DNA of 64,000 nt from an uncultured virus (IMG/VR IMGVR_UViG_3300032117_000007) (lineage: Duplodnaviria; Heunggongvirae; Uroviricota; Caudoviricetes), in IMG/VR virus record IMGVR_UViG_3300032117_000007; one strand, written 5' to 3'. This document shows, in pieces, positions 9,846 through 19,426 of the stretch. A program made the translations under genes and the position numbers. Within the stretch, counting starts at the first letter, position 1, and the number at the start of each line of letters is the position of its first letter. Under the pieces are notes generated by a model, which was not told where the DNA came from, did not search any database, and saw only the letters and a list, made by a program, of their open reading frames with translations.

Positions 9846-10369
9846 TGAAGTGTGTATTCCTTGATCGTGACGGCGTAATAAATAAACTTGTAGAAAGACC
9901 AAACGGAGAAAGAACTGCTCCATGGTCTTTTGAGGAATTTGAATTACTTCCAAACGTAAAAGAATCCATTGACAAAATCCACAAAATGGGTTATAGTATT
10001 ATTGTGGTAACAAATCAACCCGACGTAAATGACGGCAAATTATCCCTTGAAGATTTAAGGAAAATGAATGCTGTCATCTATTCAATGGGTGTATTGAATA
10101 TACATTCCTCTATGGGTCGAAATACACCAGAATATAAGCCAAATAATGCTCACGTAGAACTATATATTACCTTATATAGAATTGATAAAATCAAAAGTTT
10201 TATGATCGGTGATAGATGGAAAGACATTGTGTGTGGTCATAGAAGTGGTCTAACTACTATTTTTCTAGGTGAAACTTACACGACATCCGCGGAATTTAGT
10301 GATATTAAACCTACTATGATTGCTAGAGATATTAAAGAAGCTGTTGATCTTATTGAAAGGATTATATAA
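9845..10369 (+). CDS. gmhB: Heptose 1,7-bisphosphate phosphatase (HAD-IIIA)
   Basis: FLDRDGVIN, VTNQ, KP, MIGDRWKD. Confidence 0.9.
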   Translation: MKCVFLDRDGVINKLVERPNGERTAPWSFEEFELLPNVKESIDKIHKMGYSIIVVTNQPDVNDGKLSLEDLRKMNAVIYSMGVLNIHSSMGRNTPEYKPNNAHVELYITLYRIDKIKSFMIGDRWKDIVCGHRSGLTTIFLGETYTTSAEFSDIKPTMIARDIKEAVDLIERII

Positions 10370-11097
10370 TGAATTATTATGTCGACATCTATGCTGATGG
10401 CGCTGATGAAAATGGAATTCTAGAGGCGGCAAAGAATCCCATCGTGAAAGGTTTTACTACAAATCCATCACTTATGCGCGCCGCTGGTATCACAGACTAT
10501 ATGGAATTCTGTAATAGAATTATTCCAAAGCTCAAGGAACTCCGTCCTGATACCAATATCAGTCTTGAAGTATTTTCAGACGATCACGGTGAAATGGTCG
10601 ACCAAGCTCTAAAGCTTGATGCTCTCTCGAAGACTTATGGCTATCCTGTTCTTGTCAAGATTCCTTGTATTGATACAAAAGGTGAAACTACAGGGAATGT
10701 AGTTCGAACTCTTACGCGCGAAGGTGTGTCTGTAAATGTTACTGCTGTATTTACAAATAAGCAATATTCACGTGCTGTTTGGGATCTAGAAGGAACCAAC
10801 TTTGGTATTGTTTCAATTTTTGCAGGAAGAATACAGGATTCCGGAAGAAATGCAAAGAATCTGATTAAGGATTGGCAGGGTGCAAATCCGCCTTCAAAAA
10901 ATATTAAACTCTTGTGGGCATCAACACGTGAAGTAAATCATGTTATTCAAGCCGACTATTGTTTCTCTGATATTATTACTATGACTCCCGATCTCATTAA
11001 GAAGTTACCTCTTCTAGGAAAAAATCTAGATGACTATTCTATTGAGACCGTAAAGATGTTTTACAATGATGCTCAGGCATCTGGATACAAGATTTAA
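10369..11097 (+). CDS. talC: Transaldolase (TalC/FSA family)
   Basis: GFTTNPS, VKIP, NVTAVF, SIFAGR, LLWASTRE. Confidence 0.88.
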   Translation: MNYYVDIYADGADENGILEAAKNPIVKGFTTNPSLMRAAGITDYMEFCNRIIPKLKELRPDTNISLEVFSDDHGEMVDQALKLDALSKTYGYPVLVKIPCIDTKGETTGNVVRTLTREGVSVNVTAVFTNKQYSRAVWDLEGTNFGIVSIFAGRIQDSGRNAKNLIKDWQGANPPSKNIKLLWASTREVNHVIQADYCFSDIITMTPDLIKKLPLLGKNLDDYSIETVKMFYNDAQASGYKI

Positions 11098-11106
11098 GGA
11101 TATATT

Positions 11107-12102
11107 ATGTCATTTGAAGAAAATGAAATTTCAGTAAACGCAAATGGTGGAACTGAAATTGCCAAACGTAAGTTGGCTAGTATTATTGATCCAAATCTAT
11201 TGGAACATTTTCAGATTATCTCGTCGCGACCTAGAGAACTAAAACAGGATAAGATTAGAATATTTTGGGCTCACGACTTGCCCGAAGACCCGGAATCTTC
11301 CAAATTTAAAAATAATAACTTTCTAAATGATATTCATCAATTTGTATTTATTTCAAATTGGCAATATCAACGATATCATCTTATTCATGGTCTTGCATAT
11401 GACCAGAAGTCTATTGTTCTGGAAACTGGTATTGAACCAGCGCCACAATTACAAGATCGTGATGATGAAACCATTCGTCTTGTATATACATCAACCCCAA
11501 ATCGAGGTCTAGAACTTCTTGTTCCTGTTGTAGAAGAGTTATCAAAAATTCATCCTGAAATTCATCTTGATGTATTTTCATCTTTTAAGATTTATGGTTG
11601 GGAAGAATCAGACAAGGCATTTGAACCACTGTATAATCGGATCAGACAACATCCAAATATGACCTATCGTGGATTTGTTCCAAATGCAGAACTTAAGGAA
11701 CATCTAAACAAGTCTCATATTTTTGCTTATCCTTCTATATGGCTTGAGACTAGTTGTAGAGCTATGTTGGAAGCAATGTCTGCTGGACTTATTTGTGTAC
11801 ATCCTGACTATGGTGCTTTGCCTGAAACATCTGGTGGTTTAAATATCATGTATCACGGTGATTCAAATAAGGTAATTCATGCAAATATTTTTGCATCACA
11901 TCTAGATGCAGCAATCAAACTTTATAAAACAAAGCAACATAAGAATATGATTCAGTTGAATAAGGCTTTTGTTGATACTCGGTATAACATTGATCTCATC
12001 AAGAACAAATGGGAGCATATGCTCAAGGGACTTTTGGAAAAATATCCTACACCCGAGAGTAGAAAGAAACCATCAGAAACATTTGTCTATAGGACAGTGT
12101 GA
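11107..12102 (+). CDS. GT-B glycosyltransferase (group 1/GT4-like)
   Basis: GGTE, YTSTPNRGL, FAYPSIWLETSC..LEAMSAG...GALPET. Confidence 0.88.
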   Translation: MSFEENEISVNANGGTEIAKRKLASIIDPNLLEHFQIISSRPRELKQDKIRIFWAHDLPEDPESSKFKNNNFLNDIHQFVFISNWQYQRYHLIHGLAYDQKSIVLETGIEPAPQLQDRDDETIRLVYTSTPNRGLELLVPVVEELSKIHPEIHLDVFSSFKIYGWEESDKAFEPLYNRIRQHPNMTYRGFVPNAELKEHLNKSHIFAYPSIWLETSCRAMLEAMSAGLICVHPDYGALPETSGGLNIMYHGDSNKVIHANIFASHLDAAIKLYKTKQHKNMIQLNKAFVDTRYNIDLIKNKWEHMLKGLLEKYPTPESRKKPSETFVYRTV

Positions 12103-13121
12103 TGATTATTTCAAAAACACCTCTCAGAATCTCATTCTTCTCTGGTGGTTCAGATATGGAATCCTTTTATAAAAAGGAACCTGGTGCTGCTCTTTCATGC
12201 ACGATTGACAAATATATCTACACCCTAGTTCATCAGTCTCGTCATATGAATTTCAAAACAATGTATGATGATATTCAGACTTATGAATCACTTGATGATA
12301 TACAACACGATATTACACGCGAAGCATTAAAATACTATGGCATGAGCAGTATGACTGATACTGTTACTACTGGATCAATTTCTGATATTATAGCAAAAGG
12401 TTCAGGTTTAGGTTCATCATCTGCATTTACTGTAGGTATTCTTAATTGTCTGAAACAAAGTCAAGAAAATACTTTTGGTAAATTTTCAAAATTGTATGAT
12501 AATAAAAGAGTATTAGCTGAAGAGGCATGTAAAATTGAAATTGAAAAATGTGGATTTCCTATCGGCAAGCAGGATCAATATGCTGCGGCGTATGGCGGCT
12601 TTAATCTTTATAGGTTTAATACTGACGGAAGTGTTGATATTACATCTCCTTCTATTCCTGAAAAGGCTCTTAGGAAATTAGAAAATAATCTTTTCCTTGT
12701 ATATTCTGGAAAGCCTAGGTCTGCCAATGCAATTCTTAAAAAGCAAAATGATGCTATGACAGATTCTCATAAGTTTCAGTTAGTTGCCAATTCACGTGAT
12801 AAAGCATATGAAGGAATGAAACTACTTTGTGAAAATAAGGTAGAAGATTTTGCTCATCTTCTTCATAGAGCATGGATGGATAAGAAACAAGTAACAAAAG
12901 ATATTTCGAATACTTTTTTTGATGATATATATGATAAAGCCATTCAAAATGGCGCTATTGGTGGCAAATTGCTTGGTGCTGGTGGCGGTGGTTTTTTCAT
13001 CTTTTATGTTCCACCAGATTCCAGAAGAGATGTTGCGATTGCCATCACTAATGGAACCGGTTGCAAAATCTATGATTTTAACTTTACCTTTAATGGTAGT
13101 ACAATCATCGGAAATGATTGA
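12099..13121 (+). CDS. hddA: D-glycero-alpha-D-manno-heptose-7-phosphate kinase (GHMP)
   Basis: TPLRISFFxGGSD, GSGLGSSS, IGKQDQY, GKLLGAGGGGF. Confidence 0.9.
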   Translation: MMIISKTPLRISFFSGGSDMESFYKKEPGAALSCTIDKYIYTLVHQSRHMNFKTMYDDIQTYESLDDIQHDITREALKYYGMSSMTDTVTTGSISDIIAKGSGLGSSSAFTVGILNCLKQSQENTFGKFSKLYDNKRVLAEEACKIEIEKCGFPIGKQDQYAAAYGGFNLYRFNTDGSVDITSPSIPEKALRKLENNLFLVYSGKPRSANAILKKQNDAMTDSHKFQLVANSRDKAYEGMKLLCENKVEDFAHLLHRAWMDKKQVTKDISNTFFDDIYDKAIQNGAIGGKLLGAGGGGFFIFYVPPDSRRDVAIAITNGTGCKIYDFNFTFNGSTIIGND

Positions 13122-13146
13122 CTTAACCTCAAAAATGTGATAGAAT
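13118..13146 (+). promoter_or_regulatory. Sigma70-type promoter, probably giving a leaderless mRNA
   Basis: TTGACT-17 bp-TAGAAT with the ATG (13153) 7 nt downstream and no SD. Confidence 0.55.
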
Positions 13147-13152
13147 AACACC

Positions 13153-13542
13153 ATGGCAAAATCATCAAACAACATCATTCGATTTCCAATTAAACCTAAT
13201 TTTGGTTCTCCAACAAACATAGAGGAAGTTGAAAATAATATTGAATTTGTAAAACAGTTTCATATTCAAGAAACAATCGAGACCGTCATTCCTTTTCTAT
13301 TTGATAGATTAAACATGGCAGGTTTTGATCTAGATGATGAAAATGATGATGATCTAAGATATGGCGCTTTTATCTGTGAGGCAATTAGATCATTACTTTG
13401 TAGTAAATGTGATATGAATCATATGTTTCAAATATTTGCCAAATCACTTTTTATTGAGGATGAAGATGGTTATCTCAATTTAGTGGAAAATGCCGATATT
13501 AACATTAAGGTAAGTAAAGACAAAGACAAAAAACTTGATTGA
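13153..13542 (+). CDS. Conserved T4-like hypothetical protein upstream of RNase H
   Basis: NNIIRFP N-terminus; position before rnh. Confidence 0.65.
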   Translation: MAKSSNNIIRFPIKPNFGSPTNIEEVENNIEFVKQFHIQETIETVIPFLFDRLNMAGFDLDDENDDDLRYGAFICEAIRSLLCSKCDMNHMFQIFAKSLFIEDEDGYLNLVENADINIKVSKDKDKKLD

Positions 13543-13638
13543 AACTATAATAAGTATAGCAGTAATATCATACTTTGTAGTATGTTTGGTAGCATTTGTT
13601 TTAATAATGTATTCTTTATTTTTCTGAGGAGTATTTAA

Positions 13639-14517
13639 GTGATTATTGTGGATCTATCCCAGGTAGTATTAGCAAATCTAATGGCACAACTTGGGACTCA
13701 TACAAATACTGAGGTCGAGGAAAATATGCTACGGCATATGATTCTCAATTCTCTTCGTATGAATAAAAATAAATTTGGTTCTGAATACGGCCAATTTGTT
13801 ATTGCTTGTGATAATAAAAACTATTGGCGGAAACAAATCTTCCCATATTATAAGGCCAATCGAAAGAAGAATATCGAGAAGTCTGAATTGAATTGGAAGC
13901 AAATATTTGAATGTATGAATAAGATTCGTCAGGAATTGAAGGATCACTTCCCATATACTGTCATTGACATTGAAACAGCAGAGGCCGATGATGTCATTGC
14001 ATCTCTTTGCAGGAAATATGGCGTTACTGATGAATATCTTCCATTTGAAAATGTTGAAAAGATCCTAATCCTTTCAGGTGACCACGATTTTATTCAACTT
14101 CAAAAATACAAGAATGTTGAACAATATGATCCCGTAAAGAAGAAAAAGGTTACTCATCCCAATCCTAAAAATTACCTTCGTGAACACATTCTTCGCGGTG
14201 ATTCTGGCGATGGAATTCCTAATTTTCTCTCAGCTGATAATTGTCTTGTTGTGGGTGAACGACAAAAAGGTGTGTCATCTAAGAAACTTGAGGAATGGAT
14301 GGACAAGGATCCTACACTATTTTGCACAGAGATTATGCTTAGAAACTATCGGAGAAATGAACAACTAATTGATCTTGATAAAGTTCCAAATGATATATAT
14401 AATAGGGTCATTGAAAGTTTTGAAGGTCAAAAGAATAAGAAGTCGAATGATCTGATGAATTACTTTATGTCTCATCGTCTAAAAAATCTTATGGAAAATA
14501 TCGGAGAGTTTGTATGA
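13639..14517 (+). CDS. rnh: T4-type RNase H (5'-3' flap nuclease)
   Basis: IIVDLSQ, YWRKxIFPYYKANRK, EADD, SGDHDFIQL, GDSGDGIPN. Confidence 0.95.
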   Translation: MIIVDLSQVVLANLMAQLGTHTNTEVEENMLRHMILNSLRMNKNKFGSEYGQFVIACDNKNYWRKQIFPYYKANRKKNIEKSELNWKQIFECMNKIRQELKDHFPYTVIDIETAEADDVIASLCRKYGVTDEYLPFENVEKILILSGDHDFIQLQKYKNVEQYDPVKKKKVTHPNPKNYLREHILRGDSGDGIPNFLSADNCLVVGERQKGVSSKKLEEWMDKDPTLFCTEIMLRNYRRNEQLIDLDKVPNDIYNRVIESFEGQKNKKSNDLMNYFMSHRLKNLMENIGEFV

Positions 14518-14930
14518 AATTAGGTGTGGCGGAAATTTTAGAAAATGTTTCAAATCTAAGAACCAAAGAAGAAAAGATTGCTATGCTTCGGGCTAATAAT
14601 ACTGTGGCATTGCAGACAGTTTTGAGAGGTGCTTTTGATCCTACCATTGTATGGGCATTGCCCGAGGGTGCACCTCCATATAAGCCGAATGACCTGGTAG
14701 ACCAGCAACATAGATTCTATGCAGAATGTAGAAAGATGTATCTATTCATTCAAGGTGGTCATTCTTCATTAAAGCAGACTCGACGTGAGCAATTATATGT
14801 TGAATTACTAGAGACTATTGACCCCAAGGATGCCAATCTCCTTATTGCGATTAAAGATAAGAAAATGCCATACAAGGGCATTACCCGTGAACTAGTCAAC
14901 GAAGCAATTCCAGGATTACTGCCGACATGA
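14514..14930 (+). CDS. Conserved T4-like hypothetical protein
   Basis: LPEGAPPY...RREQLYVELLExxxPxDA; usual neighbour of rnh. Confidence 0.7.
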   Translation: MKLGVAEILENVSNLRTKEEKIAMLRANNTVALQTVLRGAFDPTIVWALPEGAPPYKPNDLVDQQHRFYAECRKMYLFIQGGHSSLKQTRREQLYVELLETIDPKDANLLIAIKDKKMPYKGITRELVNEAIPGLLPT

Positions 14931-15091
14931 GTAAAACAAAGAATCCCCGGGCTAGGGATTATGATTACGAAGATGAAGAATATACTCCAAACATTAAAGA
15001 TTTCAATCATAGAAAAAATAAAAGATTGACAAATATTCTCCGATCAAAAAATATTGACCTTCTAATGGAACTTGAAGAGGATGAATGTTAA
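14927..15091 (+). CDS. Small hypothetical protein (54 aa), not in the ORF track
   Basis: ATGA overlap upstream and TAATG overlap downstream; fills the gap exactly. Confidence 0.55.
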   Translation: MSKTKNPRARDYDYEDEEYTPNIKDFNHRKNKRLTNILRSKNIDLLMELEEDEC

Positions 15092-15327
15092 TGCCTACAT
15101 ATACTCTTAGAAATATCTACACAGATGAAGTGTTTGAAGAATATATGAGTTATAGTGAACTACAGGAATACCTGAAGGATAAACCAAATATTGAGCAGAT
15201 TCTTTCGGCACCTGCTATTGTTTCCGGTATTTCAAAAAAGCCAGATTCTGGGTTCAGAGATATTCTCAAGAATATCAAAAAAGAACATTCAAGAGGCCTT
15301 ACAAGATCCACAGTTAACACGTTTTAG
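15091..15327 (+). CDS. FmdB-like putative regulator
   Basis: MPTYT...KPDSGFRDILKNIK. Confidence 0.7.
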   Translation: MPTYTLRNIYTDEVFEEYMSYSELQEYLKDKPNIEQILSAPAIVSGISKKPDSGFRDILKNIKKEHSRGLTRSTVNTF

Positions 15328-15335
15328 CATCATTC

Positions 15336-15343
15336 TATAAATA
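15336..15343 (+). promoter_or_regulatory. T4-type late promoter TATAAATA
   Basis: Exact consensus upstream of phoH. Confidence 0.55.
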
Positions 15344-15416
15344 CCCTTGTAACAAAGGGAAAGGAGGTAAAGAAACATCATTCTTTACGTCAATAACTTT
15401 ATAGAAAGATAATTAC

Positions 15417-16160
15417 ATGACTTCAACCGCTATCCGCCGGCAATCAAGAAAAGAAAGAAGAAGAAACAATCAAGATCAAGGGAATTCTAGACAAGCTCCA
15501 AACTTTGAACTTATGGAAGTCAAACCAAAGACAGACAATCAAAGAATAGCTTTTGATGCTTATGATCGTGGTAAAAATTTGATGCTTAATGGAATTGCGG
15601 GTACTGGTAAAACATTTTTATCAATGTATCTATCTCTGTTGGATGTTCTAGATGCAAATACAGATTATGAAAAACTGTATATCATCAGATCAGTTGTTCC
15701 TACTAGAGATATGGGATTTCTCCCCGGTAACAATAAAGAAAAAACCAAAGTCTATGAAGCACCGTATTATGCTATCTGCACAGAACTTTTTGATCGGTCA
15801 GATGCATATGAATATCTAAAATCAAAAGGCCTAGTTGAATTTATTTCAACGTCATTTGTTCGCGGTATTACATTGAGTAATTGTGTAGTAATTGTGGATG
15901 AAATGCAAAATCTTACACTTCATGAAAGTGACTCAGTCATCACACGCGTAGGTCATAATTGTAAGATCATTTTTTCGGGTGATTATACTCAATCTGATTT
16001 TATTTACGATCGTGATAAGAATGGCATCAATGAATTCATTCGTATCATCAAGAAAATAAAACAGTTTGAATTTATTACTTTTACAAAAGAAGATATCCTT
16101 CGGTCTGATCTTGTAAAGGATTATATCATCGAAAAGGATAAGTTAGGAATTATCACATAA
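15417..16160 (+). CDS. phoH: PhoH-family ATPase
   Basis: GIAGTGKT, RSxVPTRDMGFLPG, RGITL, VDEMQN, GDYTQSD, RSDLV. Confidence 0.95.
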   Translation: MTSTAIRRQSRKERRRNNQDQGNSRQAPNFELMEVKPKTDNQRIAFDAYDRGKNLMLNGIAGTGKTFLSMYLSLLDVLDANTDYEKLYIIRSVVPTRDMGFLPGNNKEKTKVYEAPYYAICTELFDRSDAYEYLKSKGLVEFISTSFVRGITLSNCVVIVDEMQNLTLHESDSVITRVGHNCKIIFSGDYTQSDFIYDRDKNGINEFIRIIKKIKQFEFITFTKEDILRSDLVKDYIIEKDKLGIIT

Positions 16161-16161
16161 T

Positions 16162-16836
16162 ATGTTTAATATGATGCCAAAAAGGGAGAGGTTTTTTGAC
16201 CTCTCCCTACTTGATTGTGAAGATTTAAAGGATAATACTACAGAGAATGGTAGGTATTACACTACACCGACTGGAGAGATATATCCATCGGTCACAACTG
16301 TAATAGGTAGAAAACTTGATAAGTCTGGTCTTCTCAAATGGCAAAAGGATGTTGGAGAAGAAAAGGCAAAGAAAATACTTATTCAGGCAGGAAATAGAGG
16401 CACTGCCATTCACAAACTTTGTGAAAAATATCTTTTAAATGAAACAAACTATACTGAAGGTTCTATGCCTATCAATATAGCTACATTCAAAGATATTAGA
16501 CCAATTCTAAATGAAAATATCGGCACAATTCTAGGATCTGAATTAGCACTATATTCACATACTTTAAAGACTGCCGGAAGAACTGATCTTCTAGCAGAGT
16601 ATAATGGTATACTCTCGATTGTTGACTTCAAGACTTCATTGAAGATTAAAAAGGAAGAATGGATTGAAGGATATTTTCTTCAAGCCACTACTTATTCTCT
16701 CATGGCAGAAGAACGTATTCCTTCCATAAAGGTTCCACAAATAGTAATCATCATTGCTGTTGACAATGAGAAACCACAGGTATTTGTAAAAAATCGTGAT
16801 GACTATGTTGAAAAGGTATTAGAAATTTTTACTTAA
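16162..16836 (+). CDS. PD-(D/E)XK exonuclease of T4-like phages
   Basis: YPSVTTV, RGTAIH, AGRTD, IVDFKTS, YFLQxxxY. Confidence 0.88.
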   Translation: MFNMMPKRERFFDLSLLDCEDLKDNTTENGRYYTTPTGEIYPSVTTVIGRKLDKSGLLKWQKDVGEEKAKKILIQAGNRGTAIHKLCEKYLLNETNYTEGSMPINIATFKDIRPILNENIGTILGSELALYSHTLKTAGRTDLLAEYNGILSIVDFKTSLKIKKEEWIEGYFLQATTYSLMAEERIPSIKVPQIVIIIAVDNEKPQVFVKNRDDYVEKVLEIFT

Positions 16837-16845
16837 AACAATTCT

Positions 16846-16853
16846 TATAAATA
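16846..16853 (+). promoter_or_regulatory. T4-type late promoter TATAAATA
   Basis: Exact consensus just upstream of the second SpeD-like gene. Confidence 0.6.
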
Positions 16854-16872
16854 AGAAAAAGAAGGATTGTTT

Positions 16873-17316
16873 ATGGAAAAATTTAAAAAATTTTCTGATT
16901 TTATAAAACCTGAAGAATTAGATGATGCTCCAAGAAAACCTAATCGCAAGTTACATTGGGGGTATCATCTTCTTTTGGATATGAGTCTGTGTAATAAAAA
17001 CATAGACAATGAAAATGTTGTTCGAGCATTCTTAAAAGAGCTTATTAGAGAATTAAAGATGACACCAATTGGTGATCCTTTAATAGCAAAAGTTGATGGT
17101 GAAGATGGTCGAGGTCTTTCGGCAATACAACTTATTACCACCTCTTCTATCACGTTTCACGGTGATGATGAAAAAATGTCAGTATATCTAGACATTTTTT
17201 CTTGTAAATCTTATGATCCTAAACAAGCTATGCAAACAGTGATTAAATATTTCAATCCTAAGCATATAGGCCATAAATTCATCACAAGAGATGCAGGAGA
17301 TTATCCCAAAAAATGA
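16873..17316 (+). CDS. Pyruvoyl-dependent decarboxylase (SpeD-like), copy 2
   Basis: WGYHLLLD, GLSAIQLITTSSITFH, YLDIFSCKSY; ATG at 16873 after AAGGA. Confidence 0.8.
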   Translation: MEKFKKFSDFIKPEELDDAPRKPNRKLHWGYHLLLDMSLCNKNIDNENVVRAFLKELIRELKMTPIGDPLIAKVDGEDGRGLSAIQLITTSSITFHGDDEKMSVYLDIFSCKSYDPKQAMQTVIKYFNPKHIGHKFITRDAGDYPKK

Positions 17317-18161
17317 TTAAAAAAACACCTTCGGAATTGTCCGAATCAGCTTTTTTAATGAATTTTCCTTTTACAGTGGATAACAGAGAACCAAATAATG
17401 TTCTCATGAATAAATTTTCAGAAAAATATAATTACGAAAGAGCATTTTCTCAATTTATGTCTCTTTATAAAATTGTGACTGCCAACGCCCTCGTGTATAT
17501 ACTCCCCAGTGAAAAAGATCTTCAAGATTTATTCTACGTTGCTAATCTTGGATGTTACCTCCCTCATTTAAATAATAATACTATACTCTTAGCAAATTTT
17601 CAATCTCCACCAAGAATCGGTGAAGATTATGTTGGTCAAAAATTCTTTGAAAGTATGCGTTATAATGTATATCAGTCACCGTATTATTGGGAAGGTGAGG
17701 CAGATTTAAAATATATCAGAGATAACATCTATGTTTCTTGTTATGGCGCTAGAACTGTTAAGGAAAGTCATGCATGGATGGAAAATAATTTCAATATGCA
17801 TATAATTGATATTGAAACACCTGATCCTAATCTTTATCATCTTGATTGTTCTTTTTTCCCTCTCAATGAAACTCAAGCTTTGGTTGTTACTTCTTCTCTT
17901 TCTAAGAAAGACATCAAAAAACTAGAAAAGGTACTGGAAGTTATTCCAGTACCCGAAAAGCACAAATATGATGATTGGACAAATATAGTAAGAATTAAAA
18001 ATAAGATCTTATATTCACCAGTAAATGATAGTCATAAAGAATTAGAAAAAACATTGGGAAAGCTTAATTTAGAAGTAGTTCCCGTGGATATGAGCGAATT
18101 TGCAAAGTCTGGTGCTGCTTTGAGTTGTATGATGATGCATTTAAATTATAATAATAGATAG
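17313..18161 (+). CDS. Amidinotransferase / arginine deiminase / DDAH (pentein) superfamily protein
   Basis: WEGEAD, YHLDC and C-terminal EFxKSGAALSC catalytic Cys. Confidence 0.85.
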   Translation: MIKKTPSELSESAFLMNFPFTVDNREPNNVLMNKFSEKYNYERAFSQFMSLYKIVTANALVYILPSEKDLQDLFYVANLGCYLPHLNNNTILLANFQSPPRIGEDYVGQKFFESMRYNVYQSPYYWEGEADLKYIRDNIYVSCYGARTVKESHAWMENNFNMHIIDIETPDPNLYHLDCSFFPLNETQALVVTSSLSKKDIKKLEKVLEVIPVPEKHKYDDWTNIVRIKNKILYSPVNDSHKELEKTLGKLNLEVVPVDMSEFAKSGAALSCMMMHLNYNNR

Positions 18162-18169
18162 TATCATTA

Positions 18170-18277
18170 TCACCATTTATACCATTCTTCTAGATCAACA
18201 TTTAGATCGTCTTTTACATCAGCTATAATTTGTGTTAAACACTTGCCTTTAACACCATTAATTTTATGGACTACCAT
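18170..18277 (-). CDS. Degenerate terminal QV-array unit, 35 aa (MVVHKING...EEWYKW)
   Basis: Starts in the ATGGTAG junction and ends in TGGTGA. Confidence 0.5.
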   Translation of the reverse strand: MVVHKINGVKGKCLTQIIADVKDDLNVDLEEWYKW

Positions 18278-18453
18278 CTCAGTTCCTCTAGGGTTTGAAA
18301 AAAGATTTGATTCTCGATACGGTGTCTGATCCGATCCCAGATTTGATTATGAACCTGACCTCTGATCTGACCATTGACTTGTTCCTTTATCAGACATCCG
18401 ACTTGATATTCAAATCTACTTCGGGCGTAATGCCATATCTTATTCTTCACCAT
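18271..18453 (-). CDS. QV-array mini-protein (diverged), 60 aa
   Basis: MVKNKI...QVxx...EELRW. Confidence 0.65.
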   Translation of the reverse strand: MVKNKIWHYARSRFEYQVGCLIKEQVNGQIRGQVHNQIWDRIRHRIENQIFFQTLEELRW

Positions 18454-18650
18454 CTCAGATCATCCTTGACCTGATCCCAGACCTGATCTTTGACCTGATA
18501 CCAGACCTGATCTTTGACCTGATACCAGACCTGATACCCAACCTGATACCAGACCTGATCTTTGACCTGATACCAGACCTGATACCCAACCTGACAATAG
18601 ACCTGATCCCAGACCTGATACCTGATTTTACCAATCTTATTCTTCACCAT
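18447..18650 (-). CDS. QV-repeat mini-protein, 67 aa
   Basis: MVKNKI-(QVWD/QVWY/QVKD/QVGY)n-DDLRW. Confidence 0.7.
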   Translation of the reverse strand: MVKNKIGKIRYQVWDQVYCQVGYQVWYQVKDQVWYQVGYQVWYQVKDQVWYQVKDQVWDQVKDDLRW

Positions 18651-18895
18651 CTCAGATCATCCTTGACCTGATCCCAGACCTGATCTTTGACCTGATACCA
18701 GACCTGATCTTTGACCTGATCTTTGACCTGATACCAGACCTGTCGGATGACCTGATCCCTGACCTGATTATAGACCTGATCCCAGACCTGATTCCTGACC
18801 TGATACCAGACCTGATTCCTGACCTGATTATAGACCTGATTCCTGACCTGATCCCTGACCTGATTATAGACTTTATCAATACTTTGCCTTACCAT
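18644..18895 (-). CDS. QV-repeat mini-protein, 83 aa
   Basis: MVRQSIDK-(QVxx)n-DDLRW. Confidence 0.7.
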   Translation of the reverse strand: MVRQSIDKVYNQVRDQVRNQVYNQVRNQVWYQVRNQVWDQVYNQVRDQVIRQVWYQVKDQVKDQVWYQVKDQVWDQVKDDLRW

Positions 18896-19020
18896 TTCAA
18901 ATCATCCTTGACCTGATCCCAGACCTGATCTTTGACCTGATACCATACTCTAGTCGATACCTGATATCTGACCTGATCTTTGACCTGATACCAGACTTTA
19001 TCAATACTATTCTTCACCAT
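18889..19020 (-). CDS. QV-repeat mini-protein, 43 aa, not in the ORF track
   Basis: MVKNSIDKVWYQVKDQVRYQVSTRVWYQVKDQVWDQVKDDLKW; bridges its neighbours with exact 7-nt overlaps. Confidence 0.7.
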   Translation of the reverse strand: MVKNSIDKVWYQVKDQVRYQVSTRVWYQVKDQVWDQVKDDLKW

Positions 19021-19205
19021 CTCAGATCATCCCAACACTGATCCCTGACCTGATACCCAACCTGAATATAGACCTGAATATGGACCTGATCCCAGGTCTG
19101 ACCCTTGACATGATTCCAGGCCCGACTCCAGACCTGATCGCCGACCTGAATATAGACCTGATCCAAGATCTGACTCCAGGTCTGGTTAATATTTTCTTTT
19201 ACCAT
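19014..19205 (-). CDS. QV-repeat mini-protein, 63 aa
   Basis: MVKENI...DDLRW. Confidence 0.7.
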   Translation of the reverse strand: MVKENINQTWSQILDQVYIQVGDQVWSRAWNHVKGQTWDQVHIQVYIQVGYQVRDQCWDDLRW

Positions 19206-19426
19206 CTCAGATCATCCCTAACTTGATCAAATATTTGATACCTCACCTGTCGTCTGACCTGATACCAGACCTGATTCCAGACCTGATACCAGACCTGATC
19301 CCTGACCTGATTATAGACCTGATCCCAGACCTGATTCCTGACCTGATTATAGTCTTGATTCCTGACCTGAATCAAGACCTGATTATAGACTTTAACCATT
19401 GCTATATCAATACTTTTCCTCACCAT
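19199..19426 (-). CDS. QV-repeat mini-protein, 75 aa
   Basis: MVRKSID...DDLRW. Confidence 0.7.
   Translation of the reverse strand: MVRKSIDIAMVKVYNQVLIQVRNQDYNQVRNQVWDQVYNQVRDQVWYQVWNQVWYQVRRQVRYQIFDQVRDDLRW

Noticed and set aside
16162..16836. Cas4 indicating a CRISPR system
   Set aside because: Lacks the Cys cluster and sits in the standard rnh-phoH-exonuclease context of T4-like phages
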